Part shown: in pieces, positions 21,089 through 31,735 of the stretch
Position numbering within the stretch: position 1 is the stretch's first letter
Layout: the number at the start of each line of letters is the position of its first letter
DNA from: a virus
Lineage: Duplodnaviria; Caudoviricetes
Strand: one strand, 5' to 3'
Virus record (IMG/VR): IMGVR_UViG_3300030098_005649
Length of the DNA stretch: 64,000 nucleotides
Notes under the pieces: model-generated
The model's input: the letters and a program-made list of their open reading frames with translations, nothing else
Database searches by the model: none
What the model was told of the DNA's origin: nothing
Position numbers and translations under genes: made by a program

Positions 21089-23569
21089 ATGGCTGAACGA
21101 ATAGTAAGTCCAGGCGTTTTTACTCGTGAAACCGACATATCATTCCTACCGCAAGGTATTGCGGAAATAGGAGCTGCTATTATCGGGCCAACAGTAAAAG
21201 GGCCGGCATTTGTTCCAACCCTTATTCGTAACTTCTCTGAGTTTGAAGAGATGTTTGGATCCACGGATAAGAGGTTTTATACTCCATATGCTGTAAGAGA
21301 ATATCTACGAAGTGCAGGTACTGTAACCGTAGTTAGAGTTTTACACATAGGTGGGTATGAAGTTGATTACATCAATCTTGAATATAAGAATGATGGTGAT
21401 TCCAACTTCCAATCCTCGTTCAATGGTAAAGTTGCTGCAACCTTAGCACCATCTGCTAAATCTAACTCAGGTATTTCCGACATAGGATTTACAGGAGTTG
21501 GTTTGAGTAGTGCAGCTTCAGCTTCGTCTGAATTTGTATTGACAGTATCTGGTTCTAATGTCGCTGCTGAAACTTATACTTTGTCATTCGACACATCAAG
21601 TGCAAATTACATTGAAAATGTTATCTCAAGAGACCCTTTGAATCAAGATTCATCGGTTTACTTGTTAGCAAGTTTCAAAAATTCGCATGTCGTACATAAG
21701 GATCAACTGGCTGCACAAACTGAAAGTGCATTACCAAGTCTTTCCTCATCATATATTGTAACTGGAAGTGGTACATTAGATTTCAAATCTGGTACACAAT
21801 CTTATGATACTTATGGAAGTGCAAATACTTGGACTGGAAACTCTTCTTATTCAAATGCAAGAACACCTTATATTTTATCACAAAGAATAGGTGGAACTGC
21901 TAAGAATCTATTTAGGGTTTACACAAGAAATCACGGTGCTGAAATGAATCAACAATTTAGAATTGAAATTAGTCAGGTAAAAGCTGCTGGTTCAATTCTT
22001 GGTTCTGATTATGGTTCTTTCGCATTACAAGTGAAGAAATATAATCCAGACCAATTTGACGATAATGTTACACTTGAGGAGTTTGATAACCTAAACTTTG
22101 ACCCAACATCACCACAATATTTCGCAAGAGTTATTGGTGACAGATATGTTGAGATTGATGCAAATGGTAAACTTACCTATTATGGTGACTATCCAAATAA
22201 ATCAAAGTATATCAGAGTTGGTGACTACACAGACCAAGGAAGTAACGGAAGTGCATTGAATTCATTAGCAAAATCTGTAGTACCTATGGGTTTTGGAAAA
22301 GTATTCAATCCTGTTCCTGGTACAACAAATGTACCGAGTGCTTCTTTTGTGACTACTCAGGTAAACTCAGTAACAGGTCAGTATCAGGCTGCAAAAGCTT
22401 ATGGATTTGACTTCTCTAACTTTGATAGTAGAGAGTATCTAAATCCGATTCCAAAAGATGCTGGTAATGGTAACAATGTTACTTTCTCATTGGAAGACCA
22501 ATTAGGAAGTGCAGAAGCAGCTGCAGCACTTGATGGAACATCATCTGATGCAACTGAAAATATTACTTTGACTGCTTCACATATCAGACAAAGAAAATTC
22601 CAAGTACCATTTCAGTTTGGATTCGATGGTAACAATCCTGCATTAGTACCTTATGTTGGTGCTGAAATCACTTCTGCAAATAGTTCTGGATTTGATTTAT
22701 CAAGTTCTACTGCAAGTGGTTCAGTTGCTTATAAGAGGGCACTAAATGCAATAAGTAATGCTGATGAGTTTGATATCAATATGTTGGTAACACCTGGTGT
22801 GATTTCAAGATTACACTCTAATGTAACTAATCATGCTATCACTAAAGTGGAAGAAAGAGCAGATACATTTTATGTAATGGATTCAGCAGCTTGGGGTGAT
22901 ACAATCAGTACAGTAACTGGTGAGGTAGAAAAATTCGACACTAATTATGCGGCAACTTATTATCCGTGGGTAAAGATTGTAGACTTAAATACAAATCTAC
23001 CTACTTGGGTTCCGCCTTCAGTAGTATTACCTGGTGTAATATCTTTTACTGATAAAGTGGCACACGAATGGTTTGCACCTGCTGGTTTGAATCGTGGTGG
23101 TTTGACTTCTGTAACAGAAGCTAAAACACGATTGACTCACGAAGAAAGAGATGACTTATACGAAGGTAGAGTCAATCCAATCGCAACATTTCCTGGTCAA
23201 GGTGTTTGTGTTTGGGGTCAAAAGACCTTACAAGCAAAACCATCTGCATTGGATAGGGTAAATGTAAGAAGATTGTTGATTAGACTTAAGAAGTTTATCT
23301 CAAGTTCTTCAAGGTTCTTGGTATTTGAACAGAACACAATCTCTACAAGAAATCGTTTCTTGAACATTGTGAATCCGTTCTTAGAATCAGTACAGGCTAA
23401 TAGTGGTCTGTCAGCGTTCAGAGTTGTAATGGACGATTCAAACAACACACCTGATGTCGTAGACAGAAATAGGTTAGTTGGTCAAATCTTCATTCAACCA
23501 ACAAGAACTGCAGAGTTCATTGTACTTGACTTTATCGTACAACCAACTGGAGCTTCTTTTCCAGAGTAA
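21089..23569 (+). CDS. Tail sheath protein (T4 gp18-like)
   Basis: SPGVFTRETD N-terminus. The C-terminus has WFAPAGLNRG, NPIATFPGQGVCVWGQKTL, LDRVNVRRLL and FIQPTRTAEFIVLDF. Confidence 0.95.
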   Translation: MAERIVSPGVFTRETDISFLPQGIAEIGAAIIGPTVKGPAFVPTLIRNFSEFEEMFGSTDKRFYTPYAVREYLRSAGTVTVVRVLHIGGYEVDYINLEYKNDGDSNFQSSFNGKVAATLAPSAKSNSGISDIGFTGVGLSSAASASSEFVLTVSGSNVAAETYTLSFDTSSANYIENVISRDPLNQDSSVYLLASFKNSHVVHKDQLAAQTESALPSLSSSYIVTGSGTLDFKSGTQSYDTYGSANTWTGNSSYSNARTPYILSQRIGGTAKNLFRVYTRNHGAEMNQQFRIEISQVKAAGSILGSDYGSFALQVKKYNPDQFDDNVTLEEFDNLNFDPTSPQYFARVIGDRYVEIDANGKLTYYGDYPNKSKYIRVGDYTDQGSNGSALNSLAKSVVPMGFGKVFNPVPGTTNVPSASFVTTQVNSVTGQYQAAKAYGFDFSNFDSREYLNPIPKDAGNGNNVTFSLEDQLGSAEAAAALDGTSSDATENITLTASHIRQRKFQVPFQFGFDGNNPALVPYVGAEITSANSSGFDLSSSTASGSVAYKRALNAISNADEFDINMLVTPGVISRLHSNVTNHAITKVEERADTFYVMDSAAWGDTISTVTGEVEKFDTNYAATYYPWVKIVDLNTNLPTWVPPSVVLPGVISFTDKVAHEWFAPAGLNRGGLTSVTEAKTRLTHEERDDLYEGRVNPIATFPGQGVCVWGQKTLQAKPSALDRVNVRRLLIRLKKFISSSSRFLVFEQNTISTRNRFLNIVNPFLESVQANSGLSAFRVVMDDSNNTPDVVDRNRLVGQIFIQPTRTAEFIVLDFIVQPTGASFPE

Positions 23570-23586
23570 TTAGTCAATTACATTTC

Positions 23587-23615
23587 AAAAAGCCCCACTA
23601 CTCGTGGGGTTTTTT
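23587..23615 (+). terminator. Intrinsic terminator after the sheath gene
   Basis: AAAAGCCCCAC-tactc-GTGGGGTTTTTT. Confidence 0.8.
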
Positions 23616-23732
23616 GTTTAAGAATAAAACTATGAAAAAACTATGAAAAATGATACCAAAACAAATCAGACGATTTTTTAGAATACTGATATTTATTACT
23701 GAAATAAGAAATTTTTTAATTGGAGAAATCAA

Positions 23733-24224
23733 ATGCCAGATTTATTAGATCCTTCTGAAATAATGTTCACACCGTTTGAACCGAAGACTAAAAACCGATA
23801 TGTAATGTACATTGAAGGAATTCCGTCTTACCTTATCAAAGCGGCAAATAGACCATCTATTCAGTTTGATACAATAGAATTAGATCACATAAATGTGAAA
23901 AGATATGTCAAGGGTAAAGGTGCTTGGCAAACTATAGACATAACACTTTACGACCCAGTTGTTCCATCGGCTGCACAGGCAGTAATGGAATGGGTTAGAT
24001 TATCACACGAGTCTGTTACGGGTCGTGATGGATATTCAGACTTTTACAAAAAAGATGTAACATTCAATCTACTCGGACCTGTTGGTGATGTTGTAGAAGA
24101 ATGGACATTGAAAGGGGCATACATACAGAATGCAGCTTTCAATGATTTGGATTGGGGTAATGGAACTGATCCAGTAGACATAACACTAACATTACAATAC
24201 GATTACGCAATATTACAATTCTAA
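23733..24224 (+). CDS. Tail tube protein (T4 gp19-like)
   Basis: 163 aa directly after the sheath gene. Motifs FEPKTKNRY, ITLYDP, YKKDVTFNLLGPVGDVVEEWTLKGAYI and TLQYDY. Confidence 0.9.
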   Translation: MPDLLDPSEIMFTPFEPKTKNRYVMYIEGIPSYLIKAANRPSIQFDTIELDHINVKRYVKGKGAWQTIDITLYDPVVPSAAQAVMEWVRLSHESVTGRDGYSDFYKKDVTFNLLGPVGDVVEEWTLKGAYIQNAAFNDLDWGNGTDPVDITLTLQYDYAILQF

Positions 24225-24308
24225 CAATACTTTTATATCTGGCATTTTTTCCAAAAGTATAGTTATATAAATGGTTTTAGTATAGTATAATAACATAGGA
24301 GTATAGCA

Positions 24309-25079
24309 ATGGCTGACTTTCAGTTTCCAACTGAAGTGGTAGATTTGCCGTCACAAGGTAAACTCTATCCAAAAGAATCACCATTAGCAAAAGGTACTAT
24401 TGAAATAAGATATCCTACCGCAAAAGACGAGGATATTCTAACATCAGTAAATCTTGTAAGAAAGGGTCAAGTTATTGACAAATTCATACAGAATCTTATT
24501 GTTGATAAGAAAATAAAATATAGTGAACTTTTGATTGGTGATAAAAACGCAATTATGATAGCTGCAAGAATACTTGCATATGGTAAGAAATATGAAGTTG
24601 AGTTTGAACATCCGACTAATGGTCAGAAAGTATCAGACACAATTGATTTGACTTCATTCAAAGATAAAATCATAGATGAAAGTTTATTACCAAAAAGTGG
24701 GGTTGATATACCATTTAAGCTACCTAATTCAAAAATAGATGTTACTTTCAAGTTACTTACTGCATTGGATGAAGATGAAGTAACAAGAGAACTTGAGGGT
24801 TTGAAAAAAATATCAAAAGTAGATGGAGTCGATAGGGGAGTAACTACTCGTCTAAAGAGACTCATTACATCTGTAAATGGAGATTCCGAAAAGGCAACTA
24901 TCACGGAGTTTGTCGATAATTATCTTCTTTCAAGGGATGCCGTAGCATTGCGTGAACATGCGAGAATGGTAACACCTGATATAGACTTAAGTTGGGACTA
25001 TATGGATGAAGACGGAGTAAATCACACCTTACAACTACCCATCACCACCAAGTTTTTTTGGCCCGAGTCCGCAATATAA
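24309..25079 (+). CDS. Tail / baseplate-hub assembly chaperone (T4 gp26-like)
   Basis: FPTEVVDLPSQGKLYP, TAKDEDILT, GDKNAIMIAARILAYG and FFWP end. Lies between the tube and tape-measure genes. Confidence 0.7.
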   Translation: MADFQFPTEVVDLPSQGKLYPKESPLAKGTIEIRYPTAKDEDILTSVNLVRKGQVIDKFIQNLIVDKKIKYSELLIGDKNAIMIAARILAYGKKYEVEFEHPTNGQKVSDTIDLTSFKDKIIDESLLPKSGVDIPFKLPNSKIDVTFKLLTALDEDEVTRELEGLKKISKVDGVDRGVTTRLKRLITSVNGDSEKATITEFVDNYLLSRDAVALREHARMVTPDIDLSWDYMDEDGVNHTLQLPITTKFFWPESAI

Positions 25080-25284
25080 GGCGGACTTGCATTCTGAGAT
25101 ATGGTATCTCCTCTACCTCGGACAGGGCCAATTTACATTTGACCAAGTGTATACCTTGCCCATCTATCTTCGTAGGTTTTACATAAAGAAATACGAAGAA
25201 CAAAACCAAAAAGAAAAAGAATATATGGACAAACAAACCAAAAAAACTCAAGGTATTTCTAAGCCTGGAATAACGAGAAAATAG
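25054..25284 (+). CDS. Probable frameshift extension of the tail assembly chaperone (+1 frame)
   Basis: The +1 frame is open from 25021 through the T7 tract and reads FFGPSPQYKADLHSEIWYLLYLGQGQFTFDQVYTLPIYLRRFYIKK. Its only early candidate start is TTG 25087. Confidence 0.6.
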   Translation, partial: FFGPSPQYKADLHSEIWYLLYLGQGQFTFDQVYTLPIYLRRFYIKKYEEQNQKEKEYMDKQTKKTQGISKPGITRK

Positions 25285-25320
25285 TATTTCACGATATTTA
25301 TAACTATATTGGAGAATCTT

Positions 25321-25560
25321 ATGAAAACTCGTGGAAAACTAACAGAAGGTATTCTTGACGGAATATTAAAATTGATATTGAAAGGTCGTTCTAACGCTCT
25401 AAATAAGGCATTTAATAATGACCCTACAATACAGAAAGCCACGAAAGAAACAGAAGAGGCTCTCGATACTTGGGAGCAAACCTTAGTGAAATTAGCAAAA
25501 CAAGGTAGTCCAAGTGCAAAGAAAGCTTTATCCGATTTGAGAAAATATCGTAATCTATAA
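25321..25560 (+). CDS. Small hypothetical protein with a possible prohead-protease-cleaved leader (MKTRGKLTE)
   Basis: ATG 25321 with GGAG SD, and its own ATATTTAT motif at 25294. Confidence 0.55.
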   Translation: MKTRGKLTEGILDGILKLILKGRSNALNKAFNNDPTIQKATKETEEALDTWEQTLVKLAKQGSPSAKKALSDLRKYRNL

Positions 25561-25612
25561 TAAGTTCTTCAGAAATCATAGTATTTCAAAATTCAACTAA
25601 AAGAAAAAAAAT

Positions 25613-27925
25613 ATGGCAACTAATCAAGAAGTTAGGAATCAGAACGAATTAACCAAAGGTGCAAAATTATATAAAGACGCCGTTGTCGGTTCTGTAAAAG
25701 CCTTTAAGGAAATGGGTCAAGACACCAAGAAAATGTTGTCTACTTTTGACTCCATTACTGATTCAATTTCTGAAATTGCAACAAGTTTTGATGATATTGG
25801 TGATTCTACATTTTTGATAATGGACAACACCAAGACTCTTCAAAAACAAATTGCAAAAGTAGCAAAAACAAATAAAGACCAAGCAACAGTACTAAATTCA
25901 CATTTGAAGGCGTATCAAGGTGCATTGTCTACTGCAAAAAAACTTGATGCACAAGCAAAATTATTACTTGGTCCGTTGGAGAGTGCAAAGAATTTTGTTG
26001 ATGGAATGTTTGGACAAACCCTATCTGATGCATTGGGATTGGGAAAAATATTTGATGACCTAAATGATACAATTAAAGATGCATTTCTAAATTTAGATTA
26101 TGTAGATAATTTACGAAAAGGAATTACTGATACTATTAATGGTGCTACTGCAGCTTTTCAAGAGTTGGGTGGTGTAAAAATGGATGGTATGGAAGAAGCA
26201 GCTGAGGCTGCAGAAGAAGTTTCAAAGAGTACTATGACGAGTTATGATGCTATAGGTAATGGAAATCGTGTAGCAAACGAACAGGCAAGAAAGCTCGCAG
26301 AAGGTGCAGATGGTGCAGGAGATATAGCTGATGCAGCAGCAGCAGGTAAATTACAAATGTTGGCTTTAGGTGCAGCTGCACTTGCAACTGTTGCATATTT
26401 TGCATCAATCGTAAAGGGTGCAATAGAGTTGAGAAAAGAGTTAGGTGTTTCTGTAATTGAGGCATCAAAACTAACCAAACAATCACAAATCTTATCATTT
26501 CAATTCGCACTATTGGGTGTTAGTGGAGATGAGATAAAAAGTGCACAAATTGCAATACGAGAAGAGTTGGGTGGAACTGTAGATGGTTCAAGGCAGTTTT
26601 TATCTAATCTTATCAATACATCTGCACAAATCGGAATGAGTGCTAGTGACTTGATTGTGATGAGAGAAAATATGAGAGCAATTGGTGGATTTTCACAAGA
26701 CCAAGCAGATGCATTGATTATGTCTACTCGTGAATTAGCAACTCAAAAGAATGTAATACCAAGTAAGGTATTTGCAGATGTCACGGAAGATGCAGAGTTT
26801 TTTGCAAACTATGCTAAAGATGGTGGAAAGAATTTATTAGATGCTGCGGTTGCAGCAAGACAACTTGGAAGTAACTTAGCAATAACTGCTAAAGTTGCAG
26901 ATTCACTTTTAGACTTTGAAAGTTCTGTGAATGCAGAAATGGAGGCAAGTGTTTTACTCGGAAGAGATTTGAATTTAGATATGGCAAGAAGAGCAGTTCT
27001 TAATAGTGATATGCTAACCGTACAAAAAGAAGTATTGAGAGTTGTGGGTAGTATGGCAGAGTTCGATAGACTCAATGTTATTGAAAAGCAAAAGCTCGCA
27101 GCTGCAGTTGGATTATCCACAAGTGAATTATTGACTCAAGTAAAGGCTGCAGAAAGAAAGAAAATTTTAGATGACGATAGTCTAACTACTCAACAAAAAT
27201 TGGAAAGTGGTTTAGTAGGTATATCTGATTTAATAGGAAAAGGTATAAATCAATTTATGGCCACATTTGGAGATTCGTTAGCTGGTATTGGTACTACTCT
27301 TATTAGTGTTATTATGCCTGCATTAGGTACAATATTTACAGTTATTGGTGCGATATTAATTCCTGTTGCTGGTATTGCAGAAGCTTTCAATATGGTGAAT
27401 GATTATCTTGGTGGTGCTTTAGGCTCAATTGTAGGTATAGGAGCTGCAATGTACGGATTAGTGACAGTATATAAAACCTTGAAAGGTATTGCTGCAGTAA
27501 CAGCTGTTTTTGATATTTTTAGAAATGCATTTACAAAAGGTGGTCATCCAGTTTTAGCTCTTAGTCTAGCAACTGCCTCTATTATTGGTATGATGAGTAT
27601 GGCAAAAAAAGTAATGAATGTTGGTGATATGCAGATGAGTGGTGGTGGTGCCACAATAATGACTTCAGGTACAAGTGGTGGTATTTTTAATACTCGAGCT
27701 GACGATGAAGTCAATGTAGGTCCAAAAGGATTTATGGCACAGGCAGTTACAAATGGAATGTTACAAGTTGCAAGTATGCAACAACAAGGAAGTAGTGAGG
27801 TTGCTCAAGCATTCAATAGATTTGAGAGTGGACAGAAACAAAGACACTTAGAGGCACAAACTTCTCGTGGTGTATTGACAGACCAAACAAAACGAAACAG
27901 ACCAGGTGAGGTGGTAATAACATAA
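25613..27925 (+). CDS. Tape measure protein
   Basis: 770 aa, Ala-rich and helical with a hydrophobic stretch near the C-terminus. Canonical position after tube and chaperone. Confidence 0.8.
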   Translation: MATNQEVRNQNELTKGAKLYKDAVVGSVKAFKEMGQDTKKMLSTFDSITDSISEIATSFDDIGDSTFLIMDNTKTLQKQIAKVAKTNKDQATVLNSHLKAYQGALSTAKKLDAQAKLLLGPLESAKNFVDGMFGQTLSDALGLGKIFDDLNDTIKDAFLNLDYVDNLRKGITDTINGATAAFQELGGVKMDGMEEAAEAAEEVSKSTMTSYDAIGNGNRVANEQARKLAEGADGAGDIADAAAAGKLQMLALGAAALATVAYFASIVKGAIELRKELGVSVIEASKLTKQSQILSFQFALLGVSGDEIKSAQIAIREELGGTVDGSRQFLSNLINTSAQIGMSASDLIVMRENMRAIGGFSQDQADALIMSTRELATQKNVIPSKVFADVTEDAEFFANYAKDGGKNLLDAAVAARQLGSNLAITAKVADSLLDFESSVNAEMEASVLLGRDLNLDMARRAVLNSDMLTVQKEVLRVVGSMAEFDRLNVIEKQKLAAAVGLSTSELLTQVKAAERKKILDDDSLTTQQKLESGLVGISDLIGKGINQFMATFGDSLAGIGTTLISVIMPALGTIFTVIGAILIPVAGIAEAFNMVNDYLGGALGSIVGIGAAMYGLVTVYKTLKGIAAVTAVFDIFRNAFTKGGHPVLALSLATASIIGMMSMAKKVMNVGDMQMSGGGATIMTSGTSGGIFNTRADDEVNVGPKGFMAQAVTNGMLQVASMQQQGSSEVAQAFNRFESGQKQRHLEAQTSRGVLTDQTKRNRPGEVVIT

Positions 27926-30900
27926 TGGCACTCAAGGACTTAAAATCAGATTTAGGAAGAATATCCACGGTAGATTTTATATCAAATACCGTAAATGATG
28001 GTTTTATCAAGAATGATAATTCACGAGACACGAGTCGTTTCAAAGGTGTTGCTGGTCAATCCTATGGATATCCAAACTATAGTGGATTGGGATTGGGACT
28101 AATTAGTTCAGTAGACTTTTTTCCAAATGTAGATGCAAATGGATTTAGTCAAAGATTTGTAGATAGAGATGCCAGTAAATTTCAAGGTATCAAAATAAAA
28201 GGAGAGGACTATACATATTCATATCCAAATAATTATGGTATGAATTTGGGATATACAGACGAGGTAACTACAGTAGATTTCTTATCGGGTCGTAGTGGAG
28301 AGTGGGGTTCAAACACATTACCAAACGGATTTACAAAAACTTTCAATAGTAAGTATAGTTCACAATTAGTAAATGATGGTAATACTTTTCCATATAATGT
28401 AATCTCACCTAAATCGTGGGATATAGATGAAACCACAAACTCATCTGCATTTACTTTCAAGACTCGTTCACAATTACAAGATAGTGGATTACTATATATT
28501 CCAGATTCAACTGGTGGGCCCTTACCCACTAATACAAATCCATATTTAGATATTTTGGGAGACTTACAATTTAGTAATTGGAAATCACAACATAATAAAC
28601 TTGGATATGGAAAAGATTTACCAAATGGGGAGTTTTCAGGTTTACCATTTATTGTTAGAAATATAGGTCAGAGGTGGGATGGTAATAGTTATCCAACCAT
28701 AGGATTTTCTGGAGATTTCTTCAGAGGTGGAGTGATGACACGAATTGGTAGACAAGATTCTGATTTTGTTAGATTGAGTGCGGTAACACAAAGGAGTAAT
28801 TTTATAGGTAATAATTCTATATTACAATCTCTAAATTTACGACAAGAAACTCGTGTTATGGCATTACCAAAAATTTTATTGTCCGCAACAACAGATGCGG
28901 CATACACTCGACACACCGATGTTAGTAAAGGTGTAGACTTTTTTAAGAAAGCTTTAGATGCATTTAGTGCTGCAGGTGGTGGAACTTCAGAACTACCAAC
29001 AACTGGTGCAGAGGCTAGTCTATTCAATCAAAATGTTAGTGACCTTGAAATTGCAAGAAATACACAAGTCACGAGTCATGCACAATCTGCACTAAATAAT
29101 AATAGACTACAACAGGCACAAAACAGAACTAAATTTGGTTCTTCTATGTCTTCATTTTTTGATAATACAAAAACTACTACTAATAGAACATTACCACCTT
29201 TATTCACACCATCAAGAGCAAGTATCAATGATTTCTTAATTAGTAACGATAATGACCCTAATCTACCAGAGTTTGCTAGATTGGGTGATGGTATAGGTGC
29301 ATTACCTAATCTTGGTCCTTCAAGAGTTATAGGACCAGGTGCTATGACAGATGGTGTGGGGTTGAATGTTATCTCCAATACACAACAAGAAGCTAATTTA
29401 AAATTTGGTCAAGTAAATACTGATAATTTTGGTGCAAGTTTGGCACCATATAGTGCACAAAATGGAGTTCTTGATTGGGGACTAAGTACGAGACATCAAT
29501 TCTCACCAGGTACTCCAAGTCGTATACTTCAAGGTCCTGATGGGGCATATGAAAATAATATTCCAGTTTCATATTTGGCAAAACATACTCACGAAGAGAA
29601 TTTTGCACTTGGTGTTTATACCACAGGAACAGATGATTATTTGAGTAATTGGATGGATAATCAAATGGCAAGTGTAGATGGATTGAATACTAAAAAAGAT
29701 AGACCACCAAATCCAAACGATAGATTGAGTAAGGCATTTTATTCTTTCTTTCACGGAGACCCAACAGAATTCTTGGCAGACAAGTATTATGGGACAAGTG
29801 CAATACAAACTTATAATATAGGTGGACAACGAATTCCAATATATAGTTTAGACCAACCAGAAAATGGTGCACCTACTTCTTTTCTTGGTAAACTTTCAAG
29901 TGGATTCAAGTCAATGGTGAATAGTATAATGAGTGCAACAATTGCTACACGATTTGAAAACACACGAAATGCTGGTACACTAATGAAATCCAATGTGTTG
30001 GGTCGTATGGAAAATTTATATTTTGGTAGTGGGAAGGCCTTTGAATTGGCTGATAATGACTTTTCAACAGTAGATGAGGCAAGAGCTTTTCAAACAAATG
30101 ATTTGATATTTGGTGGACAAAATGGTTCGTTTAGTAACTTTAGTATGTTTGTAAACGATGAGGGTAGAGTTGAAAACAAATATGGTACAGATACATTAGA
30201 CTCGGCTGTAGGACATTTTAGAAAGTATGCACCATATGCACAAAATGCTTCATCAATAGGTCCTACATCAGATTTACAAATGACTGCTGGTTGGGAGATG
30301 GAATCAACTATTGATGCAAGTTCTCTATCAAATGCTGAAAAAGATAAATACTTTGAAATGAATGGTGAAGAGATTGATTTATGGTCAGACTTTGGTATAC
30401 GATATAAACAATCTAAATTGGCAATACCAACAGATAGAGTAAAAACACTAAAAGGAAAATTAGATACTAAGGAGTTGGTCGAGAAACCAAACTCACCATT
30501 TTATCCAAAGGTTACAAATGCTGCTAAGAGTCAAGATTTTAGGGTAAGACCTCGTACTGAAACCTCAGATAAAGAACTTCCAGATGGAATTAAACCTCGT
30601 TCTTATGCAACATTACATTATGGTATGTTGGGTAGTCGTTATGATTCAGATTTTGAAGATAAGAGTTTTTCATATGAAAAAACAAAGATGAGTCCATCAG
30701 AACAGCTAGAGAATCCAGAGGTTATTACTAATCTCGTTGATGACACAACACCAGAAAAAGAAAATAAATTTTTCAATGAAGAACTTCGTAAGAGAACTGA
30801 TGGTCAAAATAAAGTAAAACTGATAGGTAATCAAGGTAGAACTGATTACAAAGCAGTACATAATGATGAACTTGGAAAGATATTTGTTGATCCATTTAGT

Positions 30901-31728
30901 GGTAATATAGTCAAAAATAATCCATATGTAGACCAAGTAAATGCCTCACCATATGGTGGTAAGTTTGGTGACTATACCATTTATGATAATAATGATGATT
31001 TTATACCTTTCAAAATTAGAGATGAGGTAAAAGGTAAGTGGTTGATATTTAGAGCAATATTGAGTGGGATAACTGATAATACCACACCTGAGTTTCAATC
31101 AGAACAATACATTGGTAGACCAGATAAAGTGCATGTTTATACAGGTGTACAAAGACAAATAGATTTTACATTTTTGATTTACCCAAAAACAAAACAAGAA
31201 TTACCAATATTGTGGGAAAAGATAAATTACTTGGTTGGACTTGGATATCCACATTATAATAATAATGATAATAGAATGATTGCACCATTTGTTAGTTTGA
31301 CAATTGGTGATATGTATGATAAGACACCAGGATATTTTTCTGGTATAAATGTAACTGTGGATGATGGTTCTACTTGGGAATTAGATGATGGATTGAGAGT
31401 TCCAAAGTATATATCTGTTGGTTGTAACTTTACACATATTGGTAGATATAAATTGAGAGCAGATGGTAAACATTTTGATTTACCACACATTCAAGGTATG
31501 AGACCTGGTAAGGATAATTTATATCCTGATAGAGGTGGTCAGTTTGAAAGTTTATTTGGAGAAATGGGTGGTAGTAAACAAGGTGAACCTTTACAGGCTA
31601 GTGAGGTTTCACAACAATCAAATGCACCTAATCTAGCAAACTTTTGGAACAATGACCCTAACAGACCAAAAAGATTTTATAATAATGATGGTAAATTAGT
31701 TCAAGTTGGTGATACCAAATTAATATAG
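27925..31728 (+). CDS. Baseplate / tail-tube initiator-like protein (C-terminal tube-fold domain, long N-terminal extension)
   Basis: The C-terminal ~170 aa (FRAILSGITDN...YIGRPDKVHVYTGVQRQIDFTF...APFVSLTIGD...WE) resemble gp48/gp54-type tube initiators. Sits between the TMP and LysM genes. Confidence 0.6.
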   Translation: MALKDLKSDLGRISTVDFISNTVNDGFIKNDNSRDTSRFKGVAGQSYGYPNYSGLGLGLISSVDFFPNVDANGFSQRFVDRDASKFQGIKIKGEDYTYSYPNNYGMNLGYTDEVTTVDFLSGRSGEWGSNTLPNGFTKTFNSKYSSQLVNDGNTFPYNVISPKSWDIDETTNSSAFTFKTRSQLQDSGLLYIPDSTGGPLPTNTNPYLDILGDLQFSNWKSQHNKLGYGKDLPNGEFSGLPFIVRNIGQRWDGNSYPTIGFSGDFFRGGVMTRIGRQDSDFVRLSAVTQRSNFIGNNSILQSLNLRQETRVMALPKILLSATTDAAYTRHTDVSKGVDFFKKALDAFSAAGGGTSELPTTGAEASLFNQNVSDLEIARNTQVTSHAQSALNNNRLQQAQNRTKFGSSMSSFFDNTKTTTNRTLPPLFTPSRASINDFLISNDNDPNLPEFARLGDGIGALPNLGPSRVIGPGAMTDGVGLNVISNTQQEANLKFGQVNTDNFGASLAPYSAQNGVLDWGLSTRHQFSPGTPSRILQGPDGAYENNIPVSYLAKHTHEENFALGVYTTGTDDYLSNWMDNQMASVDGLNTKKDRPPNPNDRLSKAFYSFFHGDPTEFLADKYYGTSAIQTYNIGGQRIPIYSLDQPENGAPTSFLGKLSSGFKSMVNSIMSATIATRFENTRNAGTLMKSNVLGRMENLYFGSGKAFELADNDFSTVDEARAFQTNDLIFGGQNGSFSNFSMFVNDEGRVENKYGTDTLDSAVGHFRKYAPYAQNASSIGPTSDLQMTAGWEMESTIDASSLSNAEKDKYFEMNGEEIDLWSDFGIRYKQSKLAIPTDRVKTLKGKLDTKELVEKPNSPFYPKVTNAAKSQDFRVRPRTETSDKELPDGIKPRSYATLHYGMLGSRYDSDFEDKSFSYEKTKMSPSEQLENPEVITNLVDDTTPEKENKFFNEELRKRTDGQNKVKLIGNQGRTDYKAVHNDELGKIFVDPFSGNIVKNNPYVDQVNASPYGGKFGDYTIYDNNDDFIPFKIRDEVKGKWLIFRAILSGITDNTTPEFQSEQYIGRPDKVHVYTGVQRQIDFTFLIYPKTKQELPILWEKINYLVGLGYPHYNNNDNRMIAPFVSLTIGDMYDKTPGYFSGINVTVDDGSTWELDDGLRVPKYISVGCNFTHIGRYKLRADGKHFDLPHIQGMRPGKDNLYPDRGGQFESLFGEMGGSKQGEPLQASEVSQQSNAPNLANFWNNDPNRPKRFYNNDGKLVQVGDTKLI

Positions 31729-31735
31729 GTAAGTA

